Part shown: positions 8,465-17,340 of the stretch, piece by piece
Layout of the letters: every line of letters begins with the position of its first letter
How positions within the stretch are numbered: the first letter of the stretch is position 1
NCBI GenBank assembly: GCA_041179425.1
Contig: JBEGTL010000001.1
Location: 1 to 62,544 of the forward strand
Direction: 5' to 3'
Source: Pseudomonadota bacterium
GTDB taxonomy: Bacteria; Myxococcota_A; Polyangia; Polyangiales; DASUME01
DNA: 62,544 bases
Notes under the pieces: model-generated
The model's input: the letters and a program-made list of their open reading frames with translations, nothing else
Database searches by the model: none
Told to the model about the DNA's origin: nothing
Translations under genes and position numbers: made by a program

Positions 8465-10240
8465 TCACGGTCGACCTGCCGCAAGCGTCTCGACGAGCAG
8501 GGGAAACAGCGCGTCGTGCGACATCGCGGGCGCGCGCGCAGCCTCGAGCCACAGACCAGGCACAAAGCCGCGCGCGAGGGCGGTCTGCAGACGCTGTGGG
8601 TCGCGGGACAACAAGTGAACCGGACTGTCGAAGCTCTGGTCGCTGCGCGAGAGGACCGGCGGCTGGTGATCGCCGATCAGGATCACGACGGCGTCGTCAG
8701 CGCGACGCGCTAGGTACGCGGCGATCACCTTCAGGTCGTAGTGCACGGTCGCCTGGTAGCCGTCGCGCAGCGTCTGGTCGAAGTGCTCGAAGTCGACGAA
8801 GCGGCGCTCAGCCTTGTGATCGTAGCGGGCCAGCCTCGTGAGCACGGTGCCTGCTCCGCTGCCGTGCTCCTGGCGAGCTTCGTCGTGGGCAGCGACGTAG
8901 CTGGGATCGTCGTAGAGCGGCGGGACCACGGCCCACGGCGCGTGGGAGGTCACCATGTGAAAGTCGAGGAACACAGGCTGCTTGCGCGCCCGCGCCGGCA
9001 ACAGCACGCGCTGCTCCGCGATCGCGAGGCTGTACTGGTCAGGCACGATGCCCCAGCCCATGGGCCGCCCGCGGTACGCGAGCCCATCGTGCGTGAGCAG
9101 CTCCGAGAAGCCGTAGCGGTTGACCACGTACGCGCCCGGTCGGTTGCGATCGGCCGGCGCCAGCAAGGTGGTGTAGTAGCCCCGTTGACGCAGGAAACCC
9201 ACGAGCGAGGGAGGCGAGGGACGGAGCGCGATCAGGTGCTGAAACACCGACTCGTAGCGGATCGGCAGGCCCATCAGCATGGTGCCCTCGGCGATCCACG
9301 AGCGGCCGCCGCTCACCGTGGACGTGCTGAACGCGCTTGCCGCGTGCCAGCCCGTGCGCGCGAGCTCGTGGGTGAGCGTGCTCAAGAGAGCGCGGTGCGT
9401 GTCGCGCGTGCCCGGGTCGACGGACAACAATCGTCCGTAGCTCTCCACGATGAACAACAACACGTCGGGCTTGTCGTGCAAGGTCAGCGCCGCGAAGCGG
9501 GCGTGCGGCGAGCTGTGGCTGTCGCTCTGCACGCGCTCGTAGACGTCGCGCGACGCGTGCAGGTTCGCGATCAGCAGGGGGGTCAGCCAGCCGACGCGAG
9601 GGGCAGCTGCCGAGCTTCTCGGCAGGGCAGACAGACCGAGCGCAACCGACCAGAACAGCGCCGCCAGCACGGCGGTGTGTCTGCGGCGAGCGGGCGCGAC
9701 CAGCTGGCTCGCCTGCCGCAGCAAGCGGCGCACGAGACGTGCCGTCAACCAGGCCAAGCCAGCCACGCCGAGCAGCACGGCTAGCGTCGTCGGGCTGATC
9801 AGGTCGCCGATCAGCACGCCCAGGTGTTTGGCCATGAACCACTGGTCGTAGAGCAGCGGCTCTTCGCGCATGAGCAGCCAACAGATCCACTGGTCGAGGC
9901 GCAGCGCGAGCAGCAGGAAAGCCAGCAGCCAGAGCGTGCGCCGCAACAGCACCCGCGCGCGCGACCTAGGGGGAGCCACGAAGAACGTTGCCACGAGGCC
10001 GGCGAGCGTGAGCAAGAGCGGCAGCTCGAGGGAGAGACGGAGGGCGGACAAGTCGGGTGCCGCCGCCACGAACGCGCGTGGCAGCTCGAACAGCAGGCAC
10101 AACATCAGCAGTGACAGCCAGGGCGTGAGTACACGCGCCGCGCCCCGCGCCTGCTCGACCAGGCGTGCGCCAAACAGCCGCACCCGAGTGGCAAGTGCCG
10201 GCTGCTCGGCGTTCTGGTCTGGACCTGGCGAGGAGGGCAC
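8465..10240 (-). CDS. membrane-anchored sulfatase / LTA-synthase-like (alkaline phosphatase superfamily) protein
   Basis: About 5 N-terminal TM helices, followed by LLFIVESYG, HMVTSHAPW and LIGDHQPP, which are typical of phosphoglycerol/phosphoethanolamine transferase-like sulfatase folds. Confidence 0.8.
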   Translation of the reverse strand: MPSSPGPDQNAEQPALATRVRLFGARLVEQARGAARVLTPWLSLLMLCLLFELPRAFVAAAPDLSALRLSLELPLLLTLAGLVATFFVAPPRSRARVLLRRTLWLLAFLLLALRLDQWICWLLMREEPLLYDQWFMAKHLGVLIGDLISPTTLAVLLGVAGLAWLTARLVRRLLRQASQLVAPARRRHTAVLAALFWSVALGLSALPRSSAAAPRVGWLTPLLIANLHASRDVYERVQSDSHSSPHARFAALTLHDKPDVLLFIVESYGRLLSVDPGTRDTHRALLSTLTHELARTGWHAASAFSTSTVSGGRSWIAEGTMLMGLPIRYESVFQHLIALRPSPPSLVGFLRQRGYYTTLLAPADRNRPGAYVVNRYGFSELLTHDGLAYRGRPMGWGIVPDQYSLAIAEQRVLLPARARKQPVFLDFHMVTSHAPWAVVPPLYDDPSYVAAHDEARQEHGSGAGTVLTRLARYDHKAERRFVDFEHFDQTLRDGYQATVHYDLKVIAAYLARRADDAVVILIGDHQPPVLSRSDQSFDSPVHLLSRDPQRLQTALARGFVPGLWLEAARAPAMSHDALFPLLVETLAAGRP

Positions 10241-10345
10241 GCAATACCTTACTCACGCGCCTGTGCGCGCGCCTGAGGTTGTTGTCGTTGTTGTTTCGCC
10301 GGCGCGGGCGCCCCCGCTGCCAGGCGCGAGCGAAGAGAGGCTCAC

Positions 10346-11263
10346 GTGCGCGAGGCTTACGGTCACGAGGTGCCATCTCCCGCAGCAGGGCGCGACGCGT
10401 TGGGGCCGACCCAAGCCGAGGCGTGGGAGGTGTTGCTCAGCCTGGCGGCGCGCGCCAAGCGCGGCGAGCCGCTACTCGCGCGCAGCACCTTTTGCGACGG
10501 GCAGGTCGCCCTCGATCCGCAGGCGCCCAGCATGGTGAGCGCACCGTCCGGAGAGGCGCGCACACTGCTCGAGCTGATGGTGCCCCTGGTGGTCGGACCG
10601 CGTGCGACGTCGCTCGTGGTGGGTCACCTGGGACAGAGCCTCGATGGTCGCGTGGCCACGCCTACGGGGGCATCCAAGTTCATCACCGGGCACGAGGACA
10701 TCGTGCACACACACCGGCTGCGCGCACTGTTCGATGCCGTGGTGGTCGGCGTGCGCACCGTCCAGCTCGACGACCCTCAGCTCACCACGCGACACGTCTC
10801 GGGCGAGCACCCCACGCGTGTCGTGCTCGACCCGCGCGGCAAGCTGCGCGACGGCTTCAAGATCTTGCACGACGGCGAGGCGCCCACGCTGATCGTCACG
10901 TCGCTCGCGACCACGCCCACGCCTCGGCGCAGAGGGCACGTGGAGTGGGTGGGCCTCGCCACGGTCGACGACCGCTTTCTGCTGGGGCCGCTGTGTGGGT
11001 TGCTCGCCGCGCGGGGTCTCTCGCGGATCTTCGTCGAAGGTGGGGGCGTCACCGTGTCGCGCTTTCTTGCGGCGCGTGCGCTCGACCGGCTGCACGTGAC
11101 GGTGGCGCCGCTGATCCTCGGCTCGGGCGCGCCCGCGTTCAAGCTGCCCGACATCGACCAGCTCGACCAAGCGGTGGGCCTCCGCTGCCGACACTTCGCG
11201 CTCGGCAACGACGTGCTGTTCGACTGCGAGCTCACCCCGCTCGCAAGGGCAGAGGCCGAATGA
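10346..11263 (+). CDS. RibD C-terminal-domain (DHFR-like) reductase with an ~85-aa N-terminal extension
   Basis: GHLGQSLDGRVATPTGASKFITG, HRLRALFDAVVVGVRTVQLDDPQLTTR and IFVEGGGVTVSRFL match the pyrimidine reductase / RibD_C fold. Confidence 0.75.
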   Translation: MREAYGHEVPSPAAGRDALGPTQAEAWEVLLSLAARAKRGEPLLARSTFCDGQVALDPQAPSMVSAPSGEARTLLELMVPLVVGPRATSLVVGHLGQSLDGRVATPTGASKFITGHEDIVHTHRLRALFDAVVVGVRTVQLDDPQLTTRHVSGEHPTRVVLDPRGKLRDGFKILHDGEAPTLIVTSLATTPTPRRRGHVEWVGLATVDDRFLLGPLCGLLAARGLSRIFVEGGGVTVSRFLAARALDRLHVTVAPLILGSGAPAFKLPDIDQLDQAVGLRCRHFALGNDVLFDCELTPLARAEAE

Positions 11264-12297
11264 GTGCGCGTCCGGTTCTGTTCATCGTGCCCGCGCCCGA
11301 TGCGCCCCCGAGCGGCGGCAACCGCTACAACGACGGGCTGATCGCGGCGCTCGGCGCCGACGCGGTGCGCGCTGAGCCGGCACAGGTGACGCGCGAGTTA
11401 CTCGCTTCGTGTTCGTCGGTGTGGGTCGACAGCTTGTACCTCGACCCGCTGGCGGCGCTGCGCGCAGAGACGCCCGGCGGTCTCCCGCTCTGCCTGCTCG
11501 CCCACTCGTTGCCCTCGCTGTTGCACGCGGCGGCGGGGCACGACGCGACCGTGCTGCGCGCACGAGAACGCGAGCAGCTCGCCCTGTTCGACGGTGCGCT
11601 CGCCCCCAGCCGCACCATGCACACCTGGCTCCGCGAGCGCGGCGCGACGTTCCCGGTGTGGGTGGCCGAGCCAGCCAGCGAGCGCGCCCTGATCACGCGC
11701 ACGACGGACGGCGTGCTGCGCGCGGTGGTGGTCGCCAACATCATCGCCAACAAGGGTGTTCTGCCGCTGCTGCAGGCGCTGCGTTGGCAGCTCGAGGTGC
11801 GCGCGCCACAAGTCCCGCCTGCGCTCCGTGTGCACGTGGTCGGCCGCCGAGAGACCGACCCGGCGTACACCCGTGCCTGCCAACACGAGCTCTCTGCGAG
11901 CAGCGCGCTCGCAGCTTGTGTGCAGCTGGTGGGCACGGCCTCGTACGAGTCGTTGCTGGGTGAGCTCGGCGCTGCGCACGTGCTGCTCTCTGCGTCGCGC
12001 GTCGAGTCGTACGGCATGGCCATCGCCGACGCGCGCGCCGCAGGCTGCGTGGTGATCGCGCGTCGCGCTGGGCACGTCGAGCACCTGGTCTCGGCGCAAG
12101 CCGGTGGCGAGCTGGTCGACGACGACGACGCGCTCGTCGCGCGCCTGCTCAGGCTGGTCGACGATCGGTCGTTGTTGCAGTCGCGCCTCGCGCAGGCGGC
12201 CCAGCACAGGTTGCCGGTGCGCGGCTGGGACGACGTCGCGCGCGAGCTGCGTGTCGCCCTCGCTGTTGACTTCGCGGCGCTCGTGTCCAAGCCCTGA
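11260..12297 (+). CDS. GT-B (family 4-like) glycosyltransferase
   Basis: The ATG overlaps the upstream stop (ATGA). The C-terminal SASRVESYGMAIADARAAGCVVIA is an E-x7-E-type GT1/GT4 motif. Confidence 0.8.
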   Translation: MSARPVLFIVPAPDAPPSGGNRYNDGLIAALGADAVRAEPAQVTRELLASCSSVWVDSLYLDPLAALRAETPGGLPLCLLAHSLPSLLHAAAGHDATVLRAREREQLALFDGALAPSRTMHTWLRERGATFPVWVAEPASERALITRTTDGVLRAVVVANIIANKGVLPLLQALRWQLEVRAPQVPPALRVHVVGRRETDPAYTRACQHELSASSALAACVQLVGTASYESLLGELGAAHVLLSASRVESYGMAIADARAAGCVVIARRAGHVEHLVSAQAGGELVDDDDALVARLLRLVDDRSLLQSRLAQAAQHRLPVRGWDDVARELRVALAVDFAALVSKP

Positions 12298-12308
12298 CGG
12301 CGCGTCTG

Positions 12309-13049
12309 TCAGGGCTTGGTCTGGGCCGCAAACGCCCACCAAAACGAGCGGCCGAACGACCACAGTAAGATCGCCGTGCCGAGCGCGGCCAGCCCCACGC
12401 AGAGTGCAGCCGGGACCACCAGGGCGACGGTCAGGCAGCCCAGCGAGGCCGCAAACGCGTAGCGACCCAGGCGCGTGCGCGGTGCCTCGCCGCGCGAGGG
12501 GAACAGCGTGGTGGCCAGGGAGTACGCGTAACGAAGCAGGCCGCCCGTGAGGACCCAAGCGCCGTGCCCGGCGAGCGCGTGCAGACTACAGACAGTCAGG
12601 ACCAGGTAGGCGTCGCTCTCCATATCGAAGTGTGCGCCCTGCGCTGAGCTCGCGTGCAGGCTGCGCGCGAGCACCCCATCGAGCCCGTCGAGCGCAAAGA
12701 TGAGCAGCACCGTCAGTGCGGCGACGTGCGGGGTACACCACGGCTGTTGGCTGCACAAAGCGAGCAGACCCGTCAGCATCACGCGCAGCGCGGTGACCGC
12801 ATTGGGCAGCGTGTTGTGACGCGAGCCAAACGACTGCATGCCGCGCACGAGCAAGGCCAGCGCGACCGGGCCCAACAGGGCCAGTGGAGCCAGCGTCGCG
12901 AAGTACAGAGAAACCAGCGCGGAGGTCGGCAGCAGCAGTGCCGTCACCAGCGAGGTCCGCCGCTGCGCAAGCGCGAGTCCGGGCAACGAGGCGTCGCCCT
13001 CCCGTGCACGCGCAGCTGGCTGCACGCCGTCGACGCCAGGTGCGATCAC
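12309..13049 (-). CDS. CDP-alcohol phosphatidyltransferase family protein
   Basis: LDGLDGVLARSLHASSAQGAHFDMESD fits D-G-x2-A-R-x8-G-x3-D-x3-D. The protein is polytopic. Its GTG start overlaps the PTPS stop (GTGA). Confidence 0.8.
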   Translation of the reverse strand: MIAPGVDGVQPAARAREGDASLPGLALAQRRTSLVTALLLPTSALVSLYFATLAPLALLGPVALALLVRGMQSFGSRHNTLPNAVTALRVMLTGLLALCSQQPWCTPHVAALTVLLIFALDGLDGVLARSLHASSAQGAHFDMESDAYLVLTVCSLHALAGHGAWVLTGGLLRYAYSLATTLFPSRGEAPRTRLGRYAFAASLGCLTVALVVPAALCVGLAALGTAILLWSFGRSFWWAFAAQTKP

Positions 13050-13447
13050 GACGCCAACAGCGCGGACTCGTACGCCGCGAACGCAACGTGAGACTCGCGC
13101 AGCGAGACGCGCAGGTGGGTGAGGCCCTCGTGGCCCGCGCCTAGCTCGACGCGCCGCTCGGCGACCCGATCGAACACGTACTTGCAGAGCACCTCGGTGG
13201 TGGTGTTGACGCCGGCGAGCGCGGGCAGCTGGTCGAGGTCTTGATAGCGCAGCGGCTCGAGCACGCTGGCCAGCAGGCTGGTGGCGCGTCCGATGTCGAC
13301 GACCACGCCGTGCGGGTCGAGGTCGGGACGCTTGAGCTCGAGATCGATGACGTAGGTAGCGCCGTGCAGGCGCTGGGCCGGGCCGAACAGCGCGCCGCGC
13401 AGGCTGTGGGCGATCATGACGTGGTCGCGAACGGAGACGCTGAACAT
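13046..13447 (-). CDS. 6-pyruvoyl-tetrahydropterin synthase / QueD-fold protein with a variant active site
   Basis: 133 aa. FSVSVRDHVMIAHSL...RLHGATYVIDLEL...DPHGVVVDIG...TTTEVLCKYVFD aligns with COG0720 proteins. The C-x3-HGH motif reads AQRLHGA here. Confidence 0.8.
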   Translation of the reverse strand: MFSVSVRDHVMIAHSLRGALFGPAQRLHGATYVIDLELKRPDLDPHGVVVDIGRATSLLASVLEPLRYQDLDQLPALAGVNTTTEVLCKYVFDRVAERRVELGAGHEGLTHLRVSLRESHVAFAAYESALLAS

Positions 13448-13457
13448 GGCGAGAGCC

Positions 13458-14435
13458 TCAGGGCAAAGGGTAAGACAGGCGGGCGCACAGCTCGCCCGAG
13501 TCGGGCTGAAAGATGGCACGCAGGCGCTCGGGTGCGGACGCGAACGGCGTGTCGGAGCTGATCAGCGCGTCGAGCAGCGGATCGGCCAGCAGGCGGAGCG
13601 CAGTGGCGAGCCGCCGGCGGTGCGTCCAGCGGGCGGCATGCGAGACAGGCACGCGACCCACCTGCGAGGAACGGAGGGTGAGCCGCTTGGCGTGAAAGGC
13701 CGCGCCGAGGGCGAGCGGGACCAGCTGCTCGCCGTACCAGCTGAGCTCGAGCACGCGCGCCTCGACGGCCGCGAGCTCGAGGGCACGTGCGAGACCTGGG
13801 GGCGCACCGCTCGCATGGACCACGAGGTCGTTGTCGTCGGGGGCCTGGTCGTCCTGGACGAAGCGGGCGCCGAGTCGTTCGACGATGTTTGCGCGGCGGG
13901 GGTCGAGATCGAGCACGCAGACCTCGGTGCCGGGGTGCCGCGCCGCGAGGTACGCGACCAGACAGCCCACGACGCCTGCGCCGACGATACACACGCGATC
14001 GCCGGCCGCGAGCTCGGCATCCCACACGGCGTTGAGCGCGGTCTCCATGTTGGCGGCCAGCACCGCACGCGCGGCGGGCACCCCGGCGGGCAGCGGCAAG
14101 ACGCTGTCGTGCGGAACCACGAAGCGTGTCTGGTGCGGGTACAAGCAGAACACGTCACGCCCCAGCAGCGTGGCGGGGCCTGCCTCCACGGTGCCCACGC
14201 TCGCGTAGCCGTACTTGAGTGGGTAGGGGAACACGCCGTCCTGAAACGGCGCGCGCATACGTTGGTACTCGCTGCGCGGGACGCGGCCCTCGAACACCAG
14301 CCGCTCGGTGCCGCGACTGATGGCCGAAAATTGAGCGCGCACGCACACCTGCTCGGCGCTGGGGACGGGCACCGACTCGGCGCGCAGCTCGGCGCGCTCG
14401 GGGCCCGTGATCCACAGTGCAAGCGCGTCGGCCAT
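13458..14435 (-). CDS. MDR-superfamily (alcohol dehydrogenase-like) oxidoreductase
   Basis: ATG at 14435 (MADALALWITGPER). GroES-like N-domain and Rossmann motif VCIVGAGVVGCLVAYL. I see no obvious structural-zinc Cys cluster. Confidence 0.8.
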   Translation of the reverse strand: MADALALWITGPERAELRAESVPVPSAEQVCVRAQFSAISRGTERLVFEGRVPRSEYQRMRAPFQDGVFPYPLKYGYASVGTVEAGPATLLGRDVFCLYPHQTRFVVPHDSVLPLPAGVPAARAVLAANMETALNAVWDAELAAGDRVCIVGAGVVGCLVAYLAARHPGTEVCVLDLDPRRANIVERLGARFVQDDQAPDDNDLVVHASGAPPGLARALELAAVEARVLELSWYGEQLVPLALGAAFHAKRLTLRSSQVGRVPVSHAARWTHRRRLATALRLLADPLLDALISSDTPFASAPERLRAIFQPDSGELCARLSYPLP

Positions 14436-14520
14436 GGTCCGAGTGTGCGTTGCAGAGCGCAGGGCGCAAACGCGGGCGGCGCGGGCACCTGTGGGGCGAA
14501 GCTGATACCGTGGACGACGC

Positions 14521-14781
14521 ATGGATCGCGCCCAGCCCAACAACCCGCTGCACGGCGTCACGCTGGAAGAGATCGTCACCCGGCTGGTCGAGCACTACGG
14601 CTGGGACGAGCTGGCCGACCGGGTGCCCATCCACTGCTTTCAAAACGAGCCCAGTGTCCGCTCGAGCCTCAAGTTCTTGCGCCGGATGCCCTGGGCGCGC
14701 AGCAAGGTCGAGGCCCTCTACATCGGCACCAGGTTCGCGCCCCCCGGCGTGGTTCGCGCGGCCAAGCCGAGCGAGCCCTAG
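14521..14781 (+). CDS. VF530/DUF2132 family small DNA-binding protein
   Basis: [24 protein letters not shown]...[20 protein letters not shown] is the conserved core of this family. Confidence 0.75.
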   Translation: MDRAQPNNPLHGVTLEEIVTRLVEHYGWDELADRVPIHCFQNEPSVRSSLKFLRRMPWARSKVEALYIGTRFAPPGVVRAAKPSEP

Positions 14782-14784
14782 GCT

Positions 14785-15225
14785 GTGACCGCGCCCTTCT
14801 GGCAGACCAAGACACTCGCCGAGATGTCGTCGGCCGAGTGGGAGTCGTTGTGCGATGGCTGCGGCAAGTGCTGCTTGCACAAGCTCGAGGACGAAGACAC
14901 CGGCCGCATCCACCTCACCGTGGTCGCCTGCCGCCTGCTCGATCTGTCCACGTGCCGCTGCAGCCACTACCAGAAGCGACGACGCTTCGTGCCCGAGTGC
15001 GTGCAGATCGCGCCCGAGACCGTGGCCTCGCTCACCTTGCCCAGCAGCTGTGCCTATCGCGCCCTCGCCGAGGGGAGGGGGCTCGCGAGCTGGCATCCGC
15101 TGGTGAGCGGATCGCGCGAGTCCGTGCACGCCGCGGGCGTCTCGGTGCGCGCGTGGGCCGTCTCGGCGTCCCAGGTCGATGAGGACGACCTCGAGGACTA
15201 CGTGATCGCCGAAGAGTCGGACTGA
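14785..15225 (+). CDS. ycgN: YcgN/UPF0260 cysteine-cluster protein
   Basis: [18 protein letters not shown]...[19 protein letters not shown] matches UPF0260. GTG start. Confidence 0.85.
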   Translation: MTAPFWQTKTLAEMSSAEWESLCDGCGKCCLHKLEDEDTGRIHLTVVACRLLDLSTCRCSHYQKRRRFVPECVQIAPETVASLTLPSSCAYRALAEGRGLASWHPLVSGSRESVHAAGVSVRAWAVSASQVDEDDLEDYVIAEESD

Positions 15226-15261
15226 GCCGGGGTGCCGGGCGAAGACTGCTAACCTCCGGGC

Positions 15262-15456
15262 ATGCCCTGGAAAGTCTGCAGTATCTGCCGCAAGCCCATC
15301 GAGCTCGGCCAGGTGTACTACGCGTGCAGCGTGTCGACCTGCAACCGGGTCCGCACCGCGCTCTTTTTCTGCACCGTCGAGTGCTGGGAAGGGCACCTGC
15401 CCACCGCGCGCCACCGCGACGCGTGGGCCGAAGAGAAGCGCGCGCCCAAAGCCTGA
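15262..15456 (+). CDS. small Cys-rich (zinc-ribbon-like) protein
   Basis: 64 aa with CSIC...C..STC...C..EC..H. Wobble positions are very G/C-rich. Confidence 0.55.
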   Translation: MPWKVCSICRKPIELGQVYYACSVSTCNRVRTALFFCTVECWEGHLPTARHRDAWAEEKRAPKA

Positions 15457-15659
15457 CGCGTGTTCTCGATTCGTTCACGCTCGAGCGCACCGTGCTGCGG
15501 AGCGTCAGCGCAGACGCACACGAACGCAGAGCAGGGAGCGGGCTCAGCACTGCAACACTACAGCGCAGACGTGAGCGTCCTCATCTTGGCGCCGCGCGTC
15601 ATCATACTTGGCGCGACTCGCCTATCGACAAGTTGAGGTCAGGCTGTCTACATGGGTGA

Positions 15660-16322
15660 GTGCAAGTTCGTCTCCCCCTCGTTACGGCTTTTCTTCTGCT
15701 CAGCGCCTCTTTGTCCCTCGCAGACGACTCGGGCGGCTGGACGGTCATCGACAAAGATCGCGGCATCACCGTCAGCAAGCGGGTCGCGCCGGGTTGCCCG
15801 CTGCCTTCGTTTCGTGGGCAGGGTCGCATCAAGGGCAACGTGCTCCAGCTGCTCTCGCTCATGCTCGATCTCAAAGCCGTCAACGCGTGGGCCTACGGGG
15901 TCGACAGCTCCAAGCCGATCAAACGTATCGACGAGCGCAGCCACCTCATCTACCTCACCTCTGACCTGCCCTGGCCCGTGCGCGATCGCGACATGGTCGT
16001 GCGCAGCGAGGTCGAGGTCATCAAGCCCGCGCAAGAGTTCCGCATCTCGCTGCACTGCGAGCCCAGTGCCCAGCCCGAAAAGAGTGGCCTCATCCGCGTC
16101 AAACAGTGCGAGAGCACGCTGACCCTGCGCAAGGTCGACGCCGAGACCACCGAGGTCGACTACGTGATGACGCTCGACCCGGCGGGCTACCTGCCGCGCT
16201 GGTCCACCGAGTGGGTCACCAAGGCGACGCCCATGAAGACGCTCATCGCGCTCGAGGAGCAGGCCGCAGCCAGCCAGGGCAAGTACACGGCAGCCGTTCG
16301 CTCCTGGTCGGCCGCGCTCTAG
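15660..16322 (+). CDS. secreted START/SRPBCC-like lipid-binding domain protein
   Basis: Signal peptide LPLVTAFLLLSASLSLA. The LPWPVRDRDMVV and TLDPAGYLPRW segments are typical of START domains. Confidence 0.7.
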   Translation: MQVRLPLVTAFLLLSASLSLADDSGGWTVIDKDRGITVSKRVAPGCPLPSFRGQGRIKGNVLQLLSLMLDLKAVNAWAYGVDSSKPIKRIDERSHLIYLTSDLPWPVRDRDMVVRSEVEVIKPAQEFRISLHCEPSAQPEKSGLIRVKQCESTLTLRKVDAETTEVDYVMTLDPAGYLPRWSTEWVTKATPMKTLIALEEQAAASQGKYTAAVRSWSAAL

Positions 16323-16359
16323 CCCTGCGACCCAGAAGTCGTGCGAGACGCAGAACTTT

Positions 16360-17340
16360 TTGAGCGACCGTAGCTGCGGCTGTGGGGAACGCTTTCGCCG
16401 CTGTGAGTCGGGGGACAAGGCCGTCTACGACGCCCGTGTGGCCGCCATCAGCGAAGAGCCGGTGGCTATCACCGACTCGGTGCTGCGCGCCGACGAGGAC
16501 TACTTTCACATCCTCACCACGCGGCGCGGCTTCGTGAACGGCGTGCTCGCGTCTTACTATCGTCAGGATCAGGGCACGGGTGTGCTGGCGATCACGCCGC
16601 CCATCGCGCGCGAGGCCGTGCCCGACTTGCCGTTCAGCGCCCCAGAAGACGAGTGGAGGGAGTACCTGCGCGACGAGAACGCGAGTGGTGTGCTCACCAC
16701 GCCAGGCTGGCTGTACCGCTTTCCCACCCAGCGCTCGCGGGTCGCGCAGTTCTACGACGCGTTCTTGTGTCAGTCGTTCGTGCCGCCGGTGGACGCGGTC
16801 GCGCCCGACCCCGAAGACTCGTGTAACCGCGAGAACAACCTGGCCAAGCGCTGCGGCTGCAACTACTGCAACGCCGTGATCGAGCCCACGGGGGCGCACT
16901 GGGGACGCTACGGCGAGCGCAACGCGCAGTACCTCGACGTGACGCGCTTTCCCAAGTTCGACGCCAAGTGTCGCGATTGCGCGCTCGCTGGCAACACCGG
17001 CTGCGACGGGGAGTGCGGCAACTACGTGATGCAGGCCTACGACGGCGACGGCGCCAACTCGTTGGGCATGCTCAAGAGCTACCTGTACCGCTCGGCGTCT
17101 GACGAGGCGAACATCTCGAGTGGGCCGCGGCTGCTCGTGCAGCGCATGCTGCAGACCGGCGACCTCGAGCGCTGCACGGTCAAGCGGATCTGGAAAGAGC
17201 TGCTCGGTCGCCCGATGGCAACCGAAGAGGAGAGCTTGTACCTGCGCGGACTGACCGACGGCTTCGTCGACAACCAGCACAACCTCAAGCGCCTGATCGA
17301 GGCCGTGGTCGGCACTGATGCCTATCGGAGGATCGACTGA
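16360..17340 (+). CDS. hypothetical protein resembling the DUF1588/DUF1585 C-terminal modules of planctomycete/myxobacterial PSD-type proteins
   Basis: LTTPGWLYRFPTQRSRVAQFYDAFLCQSFVPP and CGCNYCNAVIEPTGAHWGRYGE echo the DUF1588/1585 motifs. TTG start, no signal peptide. The stop overlaps the next ATG (TGATG). Confidence 0.55.
   Translation: MSDRSCGCGERFRRCESGDKAVYDARVAAISEEPVAITDSVLRADEDYFHILTTRRGFVNGVLASYYRQDQGTGVLAITPPIAREAVPDLPFSAPEDEWREYLRDENASGVLTTPGWLYRFPTQRSRVAQFYDAFLCQSFVPPVDAVAPDPEDSCNRENNLAKRCGCNYCNAVIEPTGAHWGRYGERNAQYLDVTRFPKFDAKCRDCALAGNTGCDGECGNYVMQAYDGDGANSLGMLKSYLYRSASDEANISSGPRLLVQRMLQTGDLERCTVKRIWKELLGRPMATEEESLYLRGLTDGFVDNQHNLKRLIEAVVGTDAYRRID

Noticed and set aside
10165-11259. 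The 5' 365 codons of the 710-aa ORF 10165..12297
   Set aside because: This part overlaps the RibD-C gene out of frame and is Arg/Ala-rich. The glycosyltransferase begins at ATG 11260, which overlaps the upstream stop.
13416-15182. 588-aa ORF on the + strand, and the 419-aa ORF 14155..15414 on the - strand
   Set aside because: They run across several well-supported genes (MDR dehydrogenase, VF530, YcgN) in wrong frames or on the wrong strand. Their composition is Arg/Gly/Ala junk.
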